The notes below the pieces were generated by a model, which saw nothing but the letters and a program-made list of their open reading frames with translations, ran no database searches and had not been told where the DNA came from. Source: Takakia lepidozioides (lineage: Eukaryota > Plantae > Bryophyta). From it: DNA of 64,000 bases. Positions 51,601 to 61,660 of the stretch are shown in pieces. The first letter of the stretch is position 1, and each line of letters opens with the position of its first letter. The stretch covers positions 75,888,001 to 75,952,000 of the forward strand of contig CM060731.1 in NCBI GenBank assembly GCA_030704615.1. Direction: 5' to 3'. A program made the translations under genes and the position numbers.

Positions 51601-54600
51601 CTACTAACCTGCCTTACAGCTCTGAGTATCAGACAGGTTGCCCAAACCTGACTCTTCTTAGCACATCATATGGCTACCTTTGGTGGACACTAGTCGCTCC
51701 AGCGAAACTTTTGGACTGCCAAAATGGGGAGGGTTTGAAACTGATTTTCTGGGTATACAGCATGCACCAAGACAAGTGCAACTAGTGTGTATGGTAAATG
51801 ATGCAATGTTCCTGGCAGAGATTAGTTTCTCACACGAGAGAAAAAGAAAACCACCCTTGAGAGGTCTCAGCCTCCCTCAATTTCTCTAGCTTCACATGAC
51901 ATCACTGCTCAGAAATATGCCCGCACAGTGAGTGCAAATTGTGCAAGACAAAGGAGCCATTCAAAAGCAAATGCTGCTCAGAGAGCCCAGGTTTCATCCC
52001 CTATCACAAACCTAATTCACCCTAAGAAGTTTAGGCTGTGTGGCCTATACCAACCTCCTGCCAAGGTCAGTTCCTCAACCAAATGCATTCTATTGGTGTA
52101 CAGACATTTGACATGCAACCCAATTGCTCTTTGGTTGAAAACCACACCATCTGTGTGTTTCTCTTGAAGGAGTTGGTGGAAACTAACTTTGCATGCCTGA
52201 CAAACATCCAGGACACAAGCCAAAACTACTAGGAAGCCTGTCAGTAGCATTAGCCTTACTGCCATACTGGAAGAAAATGGAGACCCCTGCTCAATGAATT
52301 TCATAGCGGGGGGCGGACACGAACCTTCTTCCACCATATTGCTATCCTTCGACAGCAGCTCCACAGGCACAGCAGCTGCTAAATCTAGATTGTGGATTCT
52401 GACGGTTCTCCCTTACATGGGGGGTAACTGTGCATCGCAATACTGCATATTCTCTTCTAGTTGGTTTGCTGGCTATCTCACCTGTCTCTGTGTTTGCCTC
52501 AACATTGTCAGAAAGAATGTCTTCAGAGGCATTCCCTGCCATCTCAGGCTGGCCACTTAAACTGTAAAAGGGGTCATTTTCCTTACCCATTTCCTGAGTC
52601 CTAACCACTCCAGCCCTCGAAACCCCCTCAGTATACTCCCCATCTGTCTCAGTGCCTGCATTACTGTCATCTGCCAACTTGTTAGGCACTGTACTGTGGC
52701 TTTCATCTTCATCCCTCTCCTCTCCACCTCTCTCACACAGTTGACTACCAACTGGTGTCATTTCCAGGCTACAGTCTGCATGACTGCATGCATTTTCATA
52801 ATCTTCACGTAACGGATCATATTGAATTATATCAGCAGGCAGTCCAATCAGAGAGGCATCTGTCAAGACTGGGTCCTCGAATCCTCCAGCCCAGATGTAG
52901 ATACTAGGATCTCTCGAGTGCAGTTTCAGAAGATCGCCCATATCTTCCAAGAACTGAATAACGGGGGACAGTGGTGCCCGTTTTGATTTTCCATAACCAT
53001 TCCTAGCAAGGGTGCTCGGCAGGGAACACCCCGCAAAATCCAGGTACCAGCCTTCAAGAAGCTCAGCCCAGATACCCCCAGGGTTTTTCAACAATGCCCA
53101 AAAGAGGACCTGACGCAGCCCTGCCTTTGTTGCTGACAGCACCCTAAGATTTTGAGCAGTTCTTGAAAGCACAAGGCAATCAGCCCCTAGAGAATTCAAG
53201 TTTATCACGTCAGGCATTGCTTGCATAAGCGACCTAACATTCTTGAATTTACCTGGATTGAGCAAGTGCCCAGTCCTTTCTCTATAAACTGCACAAAAGT
53301 CTTGCACTGCAAGACGATGTGCAACGTATTCAATTGAACCCAAAATCAGCCGGGTCTCATGTTTCAGCGTTTTAGAGGGAGATTGGTGGTGATGGCGGGC
53401 TATAGTCAGAGAAGGTGTCATTGCAGGAGAACCATCTGCCTCCACTCTACTTGCTTTCAAATGCAAATCCGTTTTGTTCTCAGCCACGGTCTCTGAACCA
53501 GACCTGTTGGTTCTTACTGGGCCAGCACTCACATCCATTTGGCTGTTGGTATCCTCCTTGGGTGGAAGACAAGCTAGCTGCTTTCTTGACACAAGGTCGA
53601 GGACAATGTGGTGAGGACACCGTCTTCAACACATTTCAGCCTGTTTTCTCCTGTAATCAGAGTCATCCTGATTTTCCAATGTTGACAACAGCAAGTTAGC
53701 TCGCCAGATGGATCAATCGTAGTTCTGAGTGATTACGGATTTACCCAAATTGTCCTGCTCCAGGTCTGCCTTCAACTTAACCCAATGCAGAGGCTTCAGC
53801 TTCTGTAGAGGTTTTGGTGGGGACTTGGGCTTGGTTACCTGCACCATACTCACCAGGTGGTCTGAAACCACCACCAACCTTAGGAGCCTTTGATGGCGGT
53901 GGTGGGGGAGGGGAGGTACTGCCTCACGAGTAGGGGGAGGGGGCGGAGGAGGGGCTCCTTGAGGAGCTGGCCCCTGGAGGAGGACCTCCTTGAGGACAGG
54001 GGGTAGGAGGTGGGGAGGAGGTGGCCTCCTTGAAGCAGAAAAAATGAAGAGGAAGGAGCAGGGACTTGGGAGGTTACGGAAGGGAGAGCAACAGGAGTCA
54101 CATGGTTGGTACTGCCATGGGCAGTCAGATCTGTCATGGAATTGGATGGAGTAGTTCATTTGGACATCTTATCGATAGGTGGTAAAACAGAACTAGGGAG
54201 TGGGGAATGAGCTGGATTTGAGAAGTTTGAGGGAAGGGAAGTGAGGGGTACTCAGGAGCAGGTGTAGTCTTGCTCACTTGATGGTTGTTTGTGTTTTCAG
54301 GTGCTTGAGGGCTGTCGCTACTCTATGTTGATTTCAGACAGGCACATAGTGTGCTGCCGTCGACCAATGGACGGAAAGCTGAAGGAGGTGGATTATACCG
54401 ACACATTTGATATCTCCATGACCCACCCAGAGGCACGCAAGGTCGTCTTGTATATGCTCTGGTTGGCATACCACGAATCTCCTCTTGATCCAAAGGACTG
54501 GGAGGTTACCCCCCCAGATTTGAAGTGGGTAAGACACACCAAACGTGGGTTGCAGGTTTCTAGTTTGGAGCCTCGGACTTTCCGGCACGATCAGGGACCA

Positions 54601-57114
54601 GATGCCCCGCCTGGAGGGACTGGTGGCACTGGCACTGGACACGATGACAGGTATAATTGATAGTTTATCTTTAAACTATGAAGTTAAAAAGCATTTTGAT
54701 TGAGGCCTCCAAGCCTAATTTAGACTGAACACTATCAATACAGGTCTGAGGGCGACTGTTCACATCCACCCCCACCCAGCCGCACCCCCAAGAGAGGAAG
54801 GGGGCGTGGAAGCAGTACTGGCAGTGGCAGTGGGAATCGAAAGCGGCCCCTCTGCGCCGACGACTTGATTGATTTCCCTTTGGGAATCTTGGACCTTGGC
54901 AAGGCCATTTCACACGGCACCACGCATGTGGTAAGCACTATGCATCTCCAGGGCAGTCTGATTCATTGTCCTTTACATTGTGTCATGGACATCACAAAGC
55001 ACAATCAGGAGCTTCATTGGTGTGATATCTCTGCCTGTCAAGAGAGCAAAGAATGAGGGTCTAACATCTTATTTCTCGACATATTTCAGTTATGCTTTTG
55101 AACAGTGCAGTTAATTTGTATTGGCATTTGTATTGGTTTGATTTTTGTTAGGTGAGAAGGGGACATTGGAGGGCCCAACAAGCAATCTTTAAAATCTGGG
55201 ACATTGCAAAGTACCCAGAAGCAGAGGCAGACTTCTGGAATGAGCTCCAGGTGTACCAGCATCTTGAAGACCTCCAGGTATAAGAATTGAGACACCACTC
55301 CCAAGTTTCATGATCTTTTCAGTAGAATGTACTCATAAGATTTGTTTGCCGTAGCCTTGTGGCCATTGACCCCGCGCCCAGTTTGAGCGGAACAGAAAGG
55401 GACAGAAACTACATTTCTCAGGGGCTAACGCCGGTAGTATGACTTACCTTGGAATAGACAATTGAGCCGAGATTTCCCGGTATCCTCCATAAATCCCTTC
55501 ACACAAGCATCAATCTGCTGTGTGTGATTTGCCCAATAACTGGACCCCAAAAGGGCCTGGGCGTTTGGCTCAGCCTCAAGATTGCTTTCAACACTCAAAT
55601 TCTTTGCATTCAGCACTCTCCAAGGTCTGATTAAGGCTATACCAGGGTTGTTTAGAGATCACTCTCTTCCTGCTCTTGCCCATGGATAACAAAATTAGCT
55701 ACAGGTTTGTTAGTCGTTGGTTGTCCACCTACGCCCACAAGCAGTGGTGAAACTTTTCAGGCAGTTGGTGTGCCAACTGACCAGGATGTTGATGATTGTC
55801 TAGTGCCGAGAGTGGGTAAACCCTTGAGGCTATCCATGATGGCCTCACCCATGTCACAGACTGGAAACAGGTTCAGGGAAGTGTTCTGCCTAACTTCATT
55901 TTCATCAGACAATTGCCTGGCAACAGACATGTTGGAACTTCAGCTTCTAAGTCAGATATATCCAGCAGAGTCATGGCTTGTGGACTAAGATTCAGATCCT
56001 TGAAAATCTCTTCTACCCTCTTCCGACAGGACTTAGCCTGTTTGACAGGGCGATCCTGCTTCCAAGATATAGAATCGATTAACTTAGGATATCTGGTGTT
56101 AGTCATACGTTGCAGCTGACCCCACCATCTGACCTTGAATTCATCACGTCGGGAGCTTAAGGGAGGAATGCCAAACCCACCCTGAACAGCCACATTAGCT
56201 GTTTTGGAGCCTGCTGACATGCACTCCTTGAGCACCCCCACTTGAATGGATTCTAGAGACTTAGCCTGGTTGGAGTTATCAACCCATACAGCAGATTCGT
56301 ACTCCAAGGTAGGCCTAATAATGCGACAAAGCATGGTTTCTTCGACTTCAGAGTTGATCCATCTGCAGTGGAAAAATTTAGTGAGACCCAACGCTTTGCG
56401 CTTGCCAGATTGAACCACTTTCTGTCTGTGTGTTTCCCAATTACAGTTGGAGGAAAAACTCAACGCCTAGATAGGTGTAGAAAGGGAGGACAGGAATCTC
56501 TTGGCTTCCCCACTGCCACTTGAGGTTGCCTCCTCCCTCCCCCTGGTCGTTGAATGCCACTGCGCATTTACTGACATTGGCCTCTAGCCCCCAAAGATCA
56601 AACACACAATCAATCAGCCCGTGGAGGTAGTCTCCCCTAGCCTGCGAAGTCATCCGCAAACATATGGGCTGGTATGGTGGAATCAACCACCCTTAACCCA
56701 AATCCCTCATTTTCCACATCCTCGAGTAGTTGATTGATGAAAACATTGAAGAGCAGAGTTTAACCTCAAGACCTTTGATGGATGAGCATTGTGCAGGGGA
56801 AGGAGATTGCGAAGACTCTGGGTGCAGGTCGGCTGTTTGGAGGTATGCTTTTTTTTCTAGCGATGGAGGATGCTGGTTCACCGGTGGCATCTTGGGATAT
56901 GAGGAGGGCCACATTGGCCTTGGAGGTCACCGCAAAGGTGCACAAGAAGTTTATCCTTCATCAGGATCTTTCTCCGGCGCAATTCGTGCAACAAGGGGAG
57001 AGGTTAGTCCTGCTGGATTTTAGTACAGCCGTATACATCCCCGACCCCGTTGATGATGTGTTCCTGAAGCGTGAGTATGACTGTCTCTGGGAAGAGCTGA
57101 TTGAGCATCTGTAA
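45613..57114 (+). CDS. Coiled-coil + PD-(D/E)xK-like nuclease + atypical protein kinase (Crinkler/CR-effector-like), 6 exons, about 568 aa
   Basis: Exons 45613-45778, 45887-46446, 54301-54650, 54744-54930, 55152-55277 and 56797-57114 all have GT-AG boundaries with matching phases, giving 1707 nt with no internal stop. Motifs run across the junctions: AQLLMYS|VLEGCRYSMLIS, SHGTTHV|VRRG and YQHLEDLQ|GKEI. The start codon is tentative. Confidence 0.8.
46690..46812 (-). mobile_element. Short internal fragment of LINE family A
   Basis: Near-identical to about 48556-48678 (GCVDHIFTLSQIIQGRKKEGKPTYV). Confidence 0.8.
47806..51574 (-). mobile_element. LINE family A, longest copy (APE endonuclease + partial RT + C-terminal Zn finger), internally deleted
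   Basis: A 17-bp TSD aggaagattgaattaga lies at 47789-47805 and 51575-51591. APE motifs are ATFNFSG, GQETW, CLYMP and LLGDFNA; RT motifs are GPDGI, PGNYRGITLL and EGQAGFR. The RT jumps from FLDVKK to the 3' region near 48538. Confidence 0.93.
52017..53538 (-). pseudogene. Tandem LOTUS (OST-HTH)-like domain ORF nested antisense in intron 2 of the nuclease-kinase gene
   Basis: The 416-codon frame 52342-53592 (first ATG at 53538) contains FCAVYRERTGHLL...VRSLMQAMPDVI and LLKNPGGIW...WYLDFAGCSL...IQFLEDMGDLL. It probably frameshifts into 52017-52370. Confidence 0.55.
53713..54040 (-). pseudogene. Formin fragment (FH1 poly-Pro and start of FH2)
   Basis: Poly-proline runs are followed by KLKPLHWVKL, the motif that opens plant formin FH2 domains. 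The fragment is truncated immediately after it. Confidence 0.65.
55326..56722 (-). mobile_element. 5'-truncated, rearranged LINE family A copy in intron 5 of the nuclease-kinase gene
   Basis: The 3' end matches 3850-4097 and 47806-48060. It encodes HMFADDF, NVSKC, YTYLGVEF, IIRPTLEY and KQDRPVKQAKS. An unrelated segment occupies about 55590-55795. Confidence 0.88.
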
Positions 57115-57184
57115 TGGGAGCCGTCCAGTGATGATACGTTGCAGCCTTACCTGATTATTTTGGCATTTTTGTGAACATTTTTAT

Positions 57185-57375
57185 CCACAATGCTCCCGCA
57201 CTTATCATACATGTCGACAAAGGTCTTGTGTAGAAAAACCTTTGGCAGGAATTTGATTTGGATAAGTTGAGTGTGCACCTACTTTCCGACTTCAAAGCTT
57301 TTCATCTTCATGCACTTGTGAAAGAGGCAGACATAATTGTTTGAATCTGCTGAAACGCCTTCTTGGCCTAGCTTG
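57185..57375 (-). pseudogene. PLS-class PPR fragment
   Basis: GVSADSNNYVCLFHKC...GK*VHTQLI...KTFVDMYDKCGSIVD. Confidence 0.65.
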
Positions 57376-57828
57376 CGTCTTTCAATTTTTTCTAGGACCC
57401 TACATATCATAAGCTAGTTTCTATGCTGAAATGTTCCCCGGGCTTTTAAAATGTGGTCAGGAGATAATAATCAGTCTGTCAGTAGGGCATGACAGGGAAT
57501 TACAATTTTGACTCACTATCTAAGATTTTAGGGGCTGTCCTTTGGCACTACAAAGGACTATCAGGAAGGTCTACCATGGTTAGAAGAGACGTGGTCCATG
57601 AAGGCTGGAATATGTGACATCACCCTTTTAGGGGACTCTAGGGTCTCTTGGTGGAGTGCTGAAGCATGAGGGGCAGGGAGAGGGGCTGGGGGAGGAAAAG
57701 GAGTAATAACAAACGGATCTTCCTTCTTATCCAAAAAAGAGTCAAGAACAGGACTCAATTGTCTCTCTTGGTTTTGTGGGGATGAAACATGAGTGGGTTG
57801 TATGATTTTCGTCTCTATTGAGCCAACT

Positions 57829-57866
57829 AAATGGCCACAAGGCTACTGCAAACAACGTCTTATGAG
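57829..57866 (+). mobile_element. 38-bp ultra-truncated LINE family A insertion
   Basis: aaatggccacaaggctactgcaaacaacgtcttatgag is flanked by the 13-bp TSD tattgagccaact (57816-57828 and 57867-57879). Confidence 0.88.
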
Positions 57867-59514
57867 TATTGAGCCAACTCTTGTGAACAGATTGTGTGGT
57901 TTGCACATTGACATCAGGATCAATAGGGTCTGCTGCAATTGGAAGAGCTAAAGGGAGCTCCTGGGATATGACATTGTTTTGATCAATTGAAGGGACCATG
58001 TTGCATAGGTGTCTGCTGTCTTTGCCAGTCAGAATCAGTAGGGTGGGGTTGTATCTCACTCAAAGGAGGAGCAAAGATAAACAAAACTGAGAGAGGGGAG
58101 CACTGTGCGAGGTAGAGTACTGGGAGAAAGGGAGAGGGGAAGGGCAGAGAGAGGGGTAGCGGTTAAAGTAGGAATCTCAGGTTCAGATGAACTGGGTGGG
58201 ACTAATAACCTCAGAGAGTCACCTTCACCTTTGATGGTGCTGGTGGTTGCTACTTTGGGAAATTGCCCCGATCCCTGTCCAAAGCATGATCCCAAAGTGA
58301 CAGACCTCCCTTCCATGTGAGAATTTCATCACCCTTCTTGTAGAAAGTTAAAGATGCCGGTCGCTCCACCTGTTTCTCATCAAAACCTCCTGTCGAAAAC
58401 GACCTAACTCTCTCCTTGACAGGTAGTTCCACCTCCATACATTGTTCAGCTAAGGGCAGCCTCACACCAGGGACCAAGAAACAATGGGGCTAGTTGAAAA
58501 AAAATTGGTCCCATTCTTGGTCCTTAGATGCATACAAAATATAATATCCGAAGGACCAAAGGTAGTGTGTGATGGCCTTAAGACCAAGACCAAAAAAGTG
58601 AGAGCTACCACTTCATGTGAGAGTTCTCTTAACGTTTGATATAGCCTCTGGCTTCCCTTCGCACAGGAGACATAAGAGTCTGAATACACCATGCATCTGG
58701 TTGGAATAGCTTGCAACTCTTCCACATTCCATGAGCACTTTTCATACTCAAACTTGCTACAAGAGTAGTGACCAAAAAACAATGGTGGGGAGACTAATGG
58801 GGATAAAAGTTCATGCGACGCAATGATCTTCAGAAAAATTAGATTCATACTTGCAGAAAGTTGGGCCTCCCATGGAGTTTTTTCCTAGTCTACTACCACC
58901 ATAGTTCGGCAACTAGGTACCACCATAGTTCCGCAACCTAGTTGCCACATCATTTCCACTTTTCTTGGTCTTGGTCTGTAGTGACCATAAAACAACCAAT
59001 AAAAAACCATTGCAAATGGGAATACTCCAAGCTTTTTTGGTCTTGGTCCCAAGTGTAAGGTGGCCCTAAGCTGAAGTCTAATCCAAAGCCGTAAGAAGTC
59101 AAAGGAATATCATTTTTCAAGTTTAGAGTTTCCTTGTTAGTGACTGGATGGACTATGTTGTGAAGGTGTGAATACTACATATGTTTTAGTATGGCTGTGA
59201 TGAGCTTGGGCTATGAGAGTGAAATTTTATGAGTGGCACTAGAGCACTGCACCATTCATTGATTGTGGGCATTTATTTGCAGTGGGGATGGTGGCTGAGT
59301 GGTGGTGGCTGAGATAAACTACTGAACCAGGCATGCCTGGTAGACTTGTCCCCAGGCTCTCTCACTCATTATATATTCAACTTTGACAAACCTGCTCTGT
59401 GCACATCATTGAGGACCCACTGCAAAAGTTATGTGAACTGTGAGAAACCTCTCAGCACATACACGGTTATCCATATGCTGACAAAGGGGGAACCTTCCCC
59501 CACACCGAGCAATA

Positions 59515-59695
59515 AAGCATATACTCAAGTTTTTGACAATATGGCAAAACAAAATGTGGTCTCATGGTGCGCAATGATCACTGGGTATGCGTGGCATGGG
59601 GGTTGTAGGGAGGCCCTCACACAATTTGAGCAAATGCAACAGGAAGTCTTGAAACCAAATGGTATCACCTTTATAAGTGTCCTCTTTCCATGCAT
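59515..59695 (+). pseudogene. PPR motif fragment
   Basis: QVFDNMAKQNVVSWCAMITGYAWHGGCREALTQFEQMQQEVLKPNGITFISVLFPC. Confidence 0.75.
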
Positions 59696-60335
59696 GAGAG
59701 ATTCAAAAAAAAAAAAAACTAAGTACTACCCTGTCAAGGGGGGGAGGGCGGCCGGGGGGATTAGAACCACTGCCCTATGTAGCCCCATTAGAGAGTCCTA
59801 ACCACTACAATACCAACACCAACACCACTGCACAAAGCAAGGATCATGCTTTTTATTTGATAGTGAAGTAGAGAGATTCTGCGAAAAAAAGAAAAACTAT
59901 TTACTACTGTTTAGGGGGGGAGGTCGGGCAGGGGGATTTGACCCACAGAATGCAGCCCCATTAGAGACTCCTAACCACTACAATACCAATGCCACTTCAA
60001 AAAGCAAGGGTCATGTTTTTAATTTGATAGTGCAGAAGAGAGATTCTCAAAAAAACAAAAAGGCAGGGAGATTTGACCCCAGGCCTATGAAGTTACATAG
60101 AAGACTCCTAACCACTACAATACGAATGCCTCTTCTACAAGCAATGGTCATGTTTTTTACTTCATAGTGAAGTAGAGAGATTCTCAAAAGAAAAAGAAAA
60201 CTAACTACTGCTGCCGAGGGGAGAGGGCGACCACCAGCCCTATGAGCCCCTATAGGAAGTCCTAACCACTACAGTACCAATGCTACTTCAAAAAGCAAGA
60301 TTCAAATTTTTTATTTGATAGTGAAATAGAGAGAC
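59695..60335 (-). repeat. Tandem array (4 units, about 135-175 bp) of tRNA-derived, Pol III-like elements
   Basis: The repeated unit on the + strand is A-run...gggggatt(c/t)gaccc...cctaaccactacaataccaa...tttatttgatagtgaagtagagagattc. The minus strand shows an A-box, a B-box and an oligo-T in that order. Confidence 0.75.
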
Positions 60336-61235
60336 TAGGGCACTACTAGCGACGAATTCTGAGAACTACCTTCAATTGGTACAAAAAGGGGTGGGTCATC
60401 CCCACGGCATTGTTAATTTGTTGATGGGGTCTATTCAAGTCTTATGAAAAGATACATGATGCAATTTTGGATTGTGAATGTTCAAGTTTTATTAAAAGAT
60501 ATATATATTACATTTTTTCCCCTTCAATAATCCCAATAAAGCTCTCAAGGGCTTCCTCCCCTTTGGTGTGAGTCATGCTCCCTAGTTTTCTCTTCCTCTT
60601 ATGTTTTGCCAAAGCAAGAGAGTCCATTGCAATTTGAGGCTTGTTTCATTTGATATTAATTTGACTGGTGTAATGATTCTGGCTCGTTTTGATACAACAA
60701 GTAGATGAATTATGAATGTTGATTACATGATATCTTTTTCATCTTACTTTCAATTGGTATTGATTTTAAATCGTTTGAATTTTGATTTAATGTCATGGTT
60801 TCATGAAAAAGCTTGGTTTTTTTTTTTTAATGCATATTTGTACCAGCACCCCCCCACATTTTGCCTAGGTGTGGACAAGGGCATTATCCAAATTAATATA
60901 TGATGCAATTTGAGCTTTGATAATGTCAGCATGGATCCACTTGGCCCTTTCCAGGGCTCCTAGGCTCGCACAAGCATTAAGAAGACTGATGAAAGTAACC
61001 TTGTCAGCCATCACTCGGTCCCTTTGCATTTGCTTGTGTCTGTAGTCAGATAATGTCGGATTGGTCTGTGAGAATCACACGGTGCATTCGAGCAGGGGCA
61101 GAGATTGAAACACAGCTGACTTTCCCAAGAACTTGTCCCGCGCTGCAACCTCGCACGGTTATTTTCGGGCAATCCGGGCAGACATTAAAAAAATTGACGA
61201 CATACGAAACGTGGAGACGAGACGTTGCGACGATG

Positions 61236-61312
61236 ACGTGGCAACAAAACGTGGCAACGATGATGTGGCAACAAAACGTGGCGACAAAACGTGGCGACGA
61301 TGATGTGGCACT
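61236..61312. repeat. 12-13 bp minisatellite built on ACGTGGC/ATGTGGC
   Basis: acgtggcaacaaaacgtggcaacgatgatgtggcaacaaaacgtggcgacaaaacgtggcgacgatgatgtggca. Confidence 0.85.
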
Positions 61313-61365
61313 ATGGCACCCTATTCACGCTCCACACTAAACGAGCTATCGACCTTCGGTCGCTA

Positions 61366-61660
61366 GAATTACTAAGTATTACTGTTGAGGGGACGGCGGG
61401 CAGGGGGATTCGACCCCCAGCCCTATGCAGCCCCATTAGAGACTCCTAACCACTAAATACCAATGCTAATTCAAAAGGCAATGGTCCTGTTTTTCATTTC
61501 ATAGTGAAGTAGACAGATTCCCAAAAAAAAATACACTAAGTACTACTGTCGAGGGGGACGGCAGGCAGGGGGATTCGACCCCCAGCCCTATGCAGCCCCA
61601 TTAGAGAGTCCTAACCACTACAATACCAATGCCACTTTGAAAAGGTCCTGTTTTTAACTA
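61366..61660 (-). repeat. Second cluster (2 units) of the tRNA-derived element
   Basis: The best copy, 61635-61559 (-), reads GTGGCATTGGTATTGTAGTGGTTAGGACTCTCTAATGGGGCTGCATAGGGCTGGGGGTCGAATCCCCCTGCCTGCCG. Confidence 0.78.

Noticed and set aside
54744-54800. Suspected frameshift in exon 4 of the nuclease-kinase gene (C-runs)
   Set aside because: A base-by-base recount shows the frame is continuous into LIDFPLG at 54865.
57561-58477. Pro/Ser-rich minus-strand pieces as possible upstream formin exons
   Set aside because: They are frameshifted, lack formin-specific motifs, and cannot be linked to the 53.7-kb fragment.
59695-61660. CRISPR array or functional tRNA genes
   Set aside because: The context is eukaryotic, the whole units are homologous with no unique spacers, there are no cas genes, and the acceptor and anticodon stems do not pair properly.
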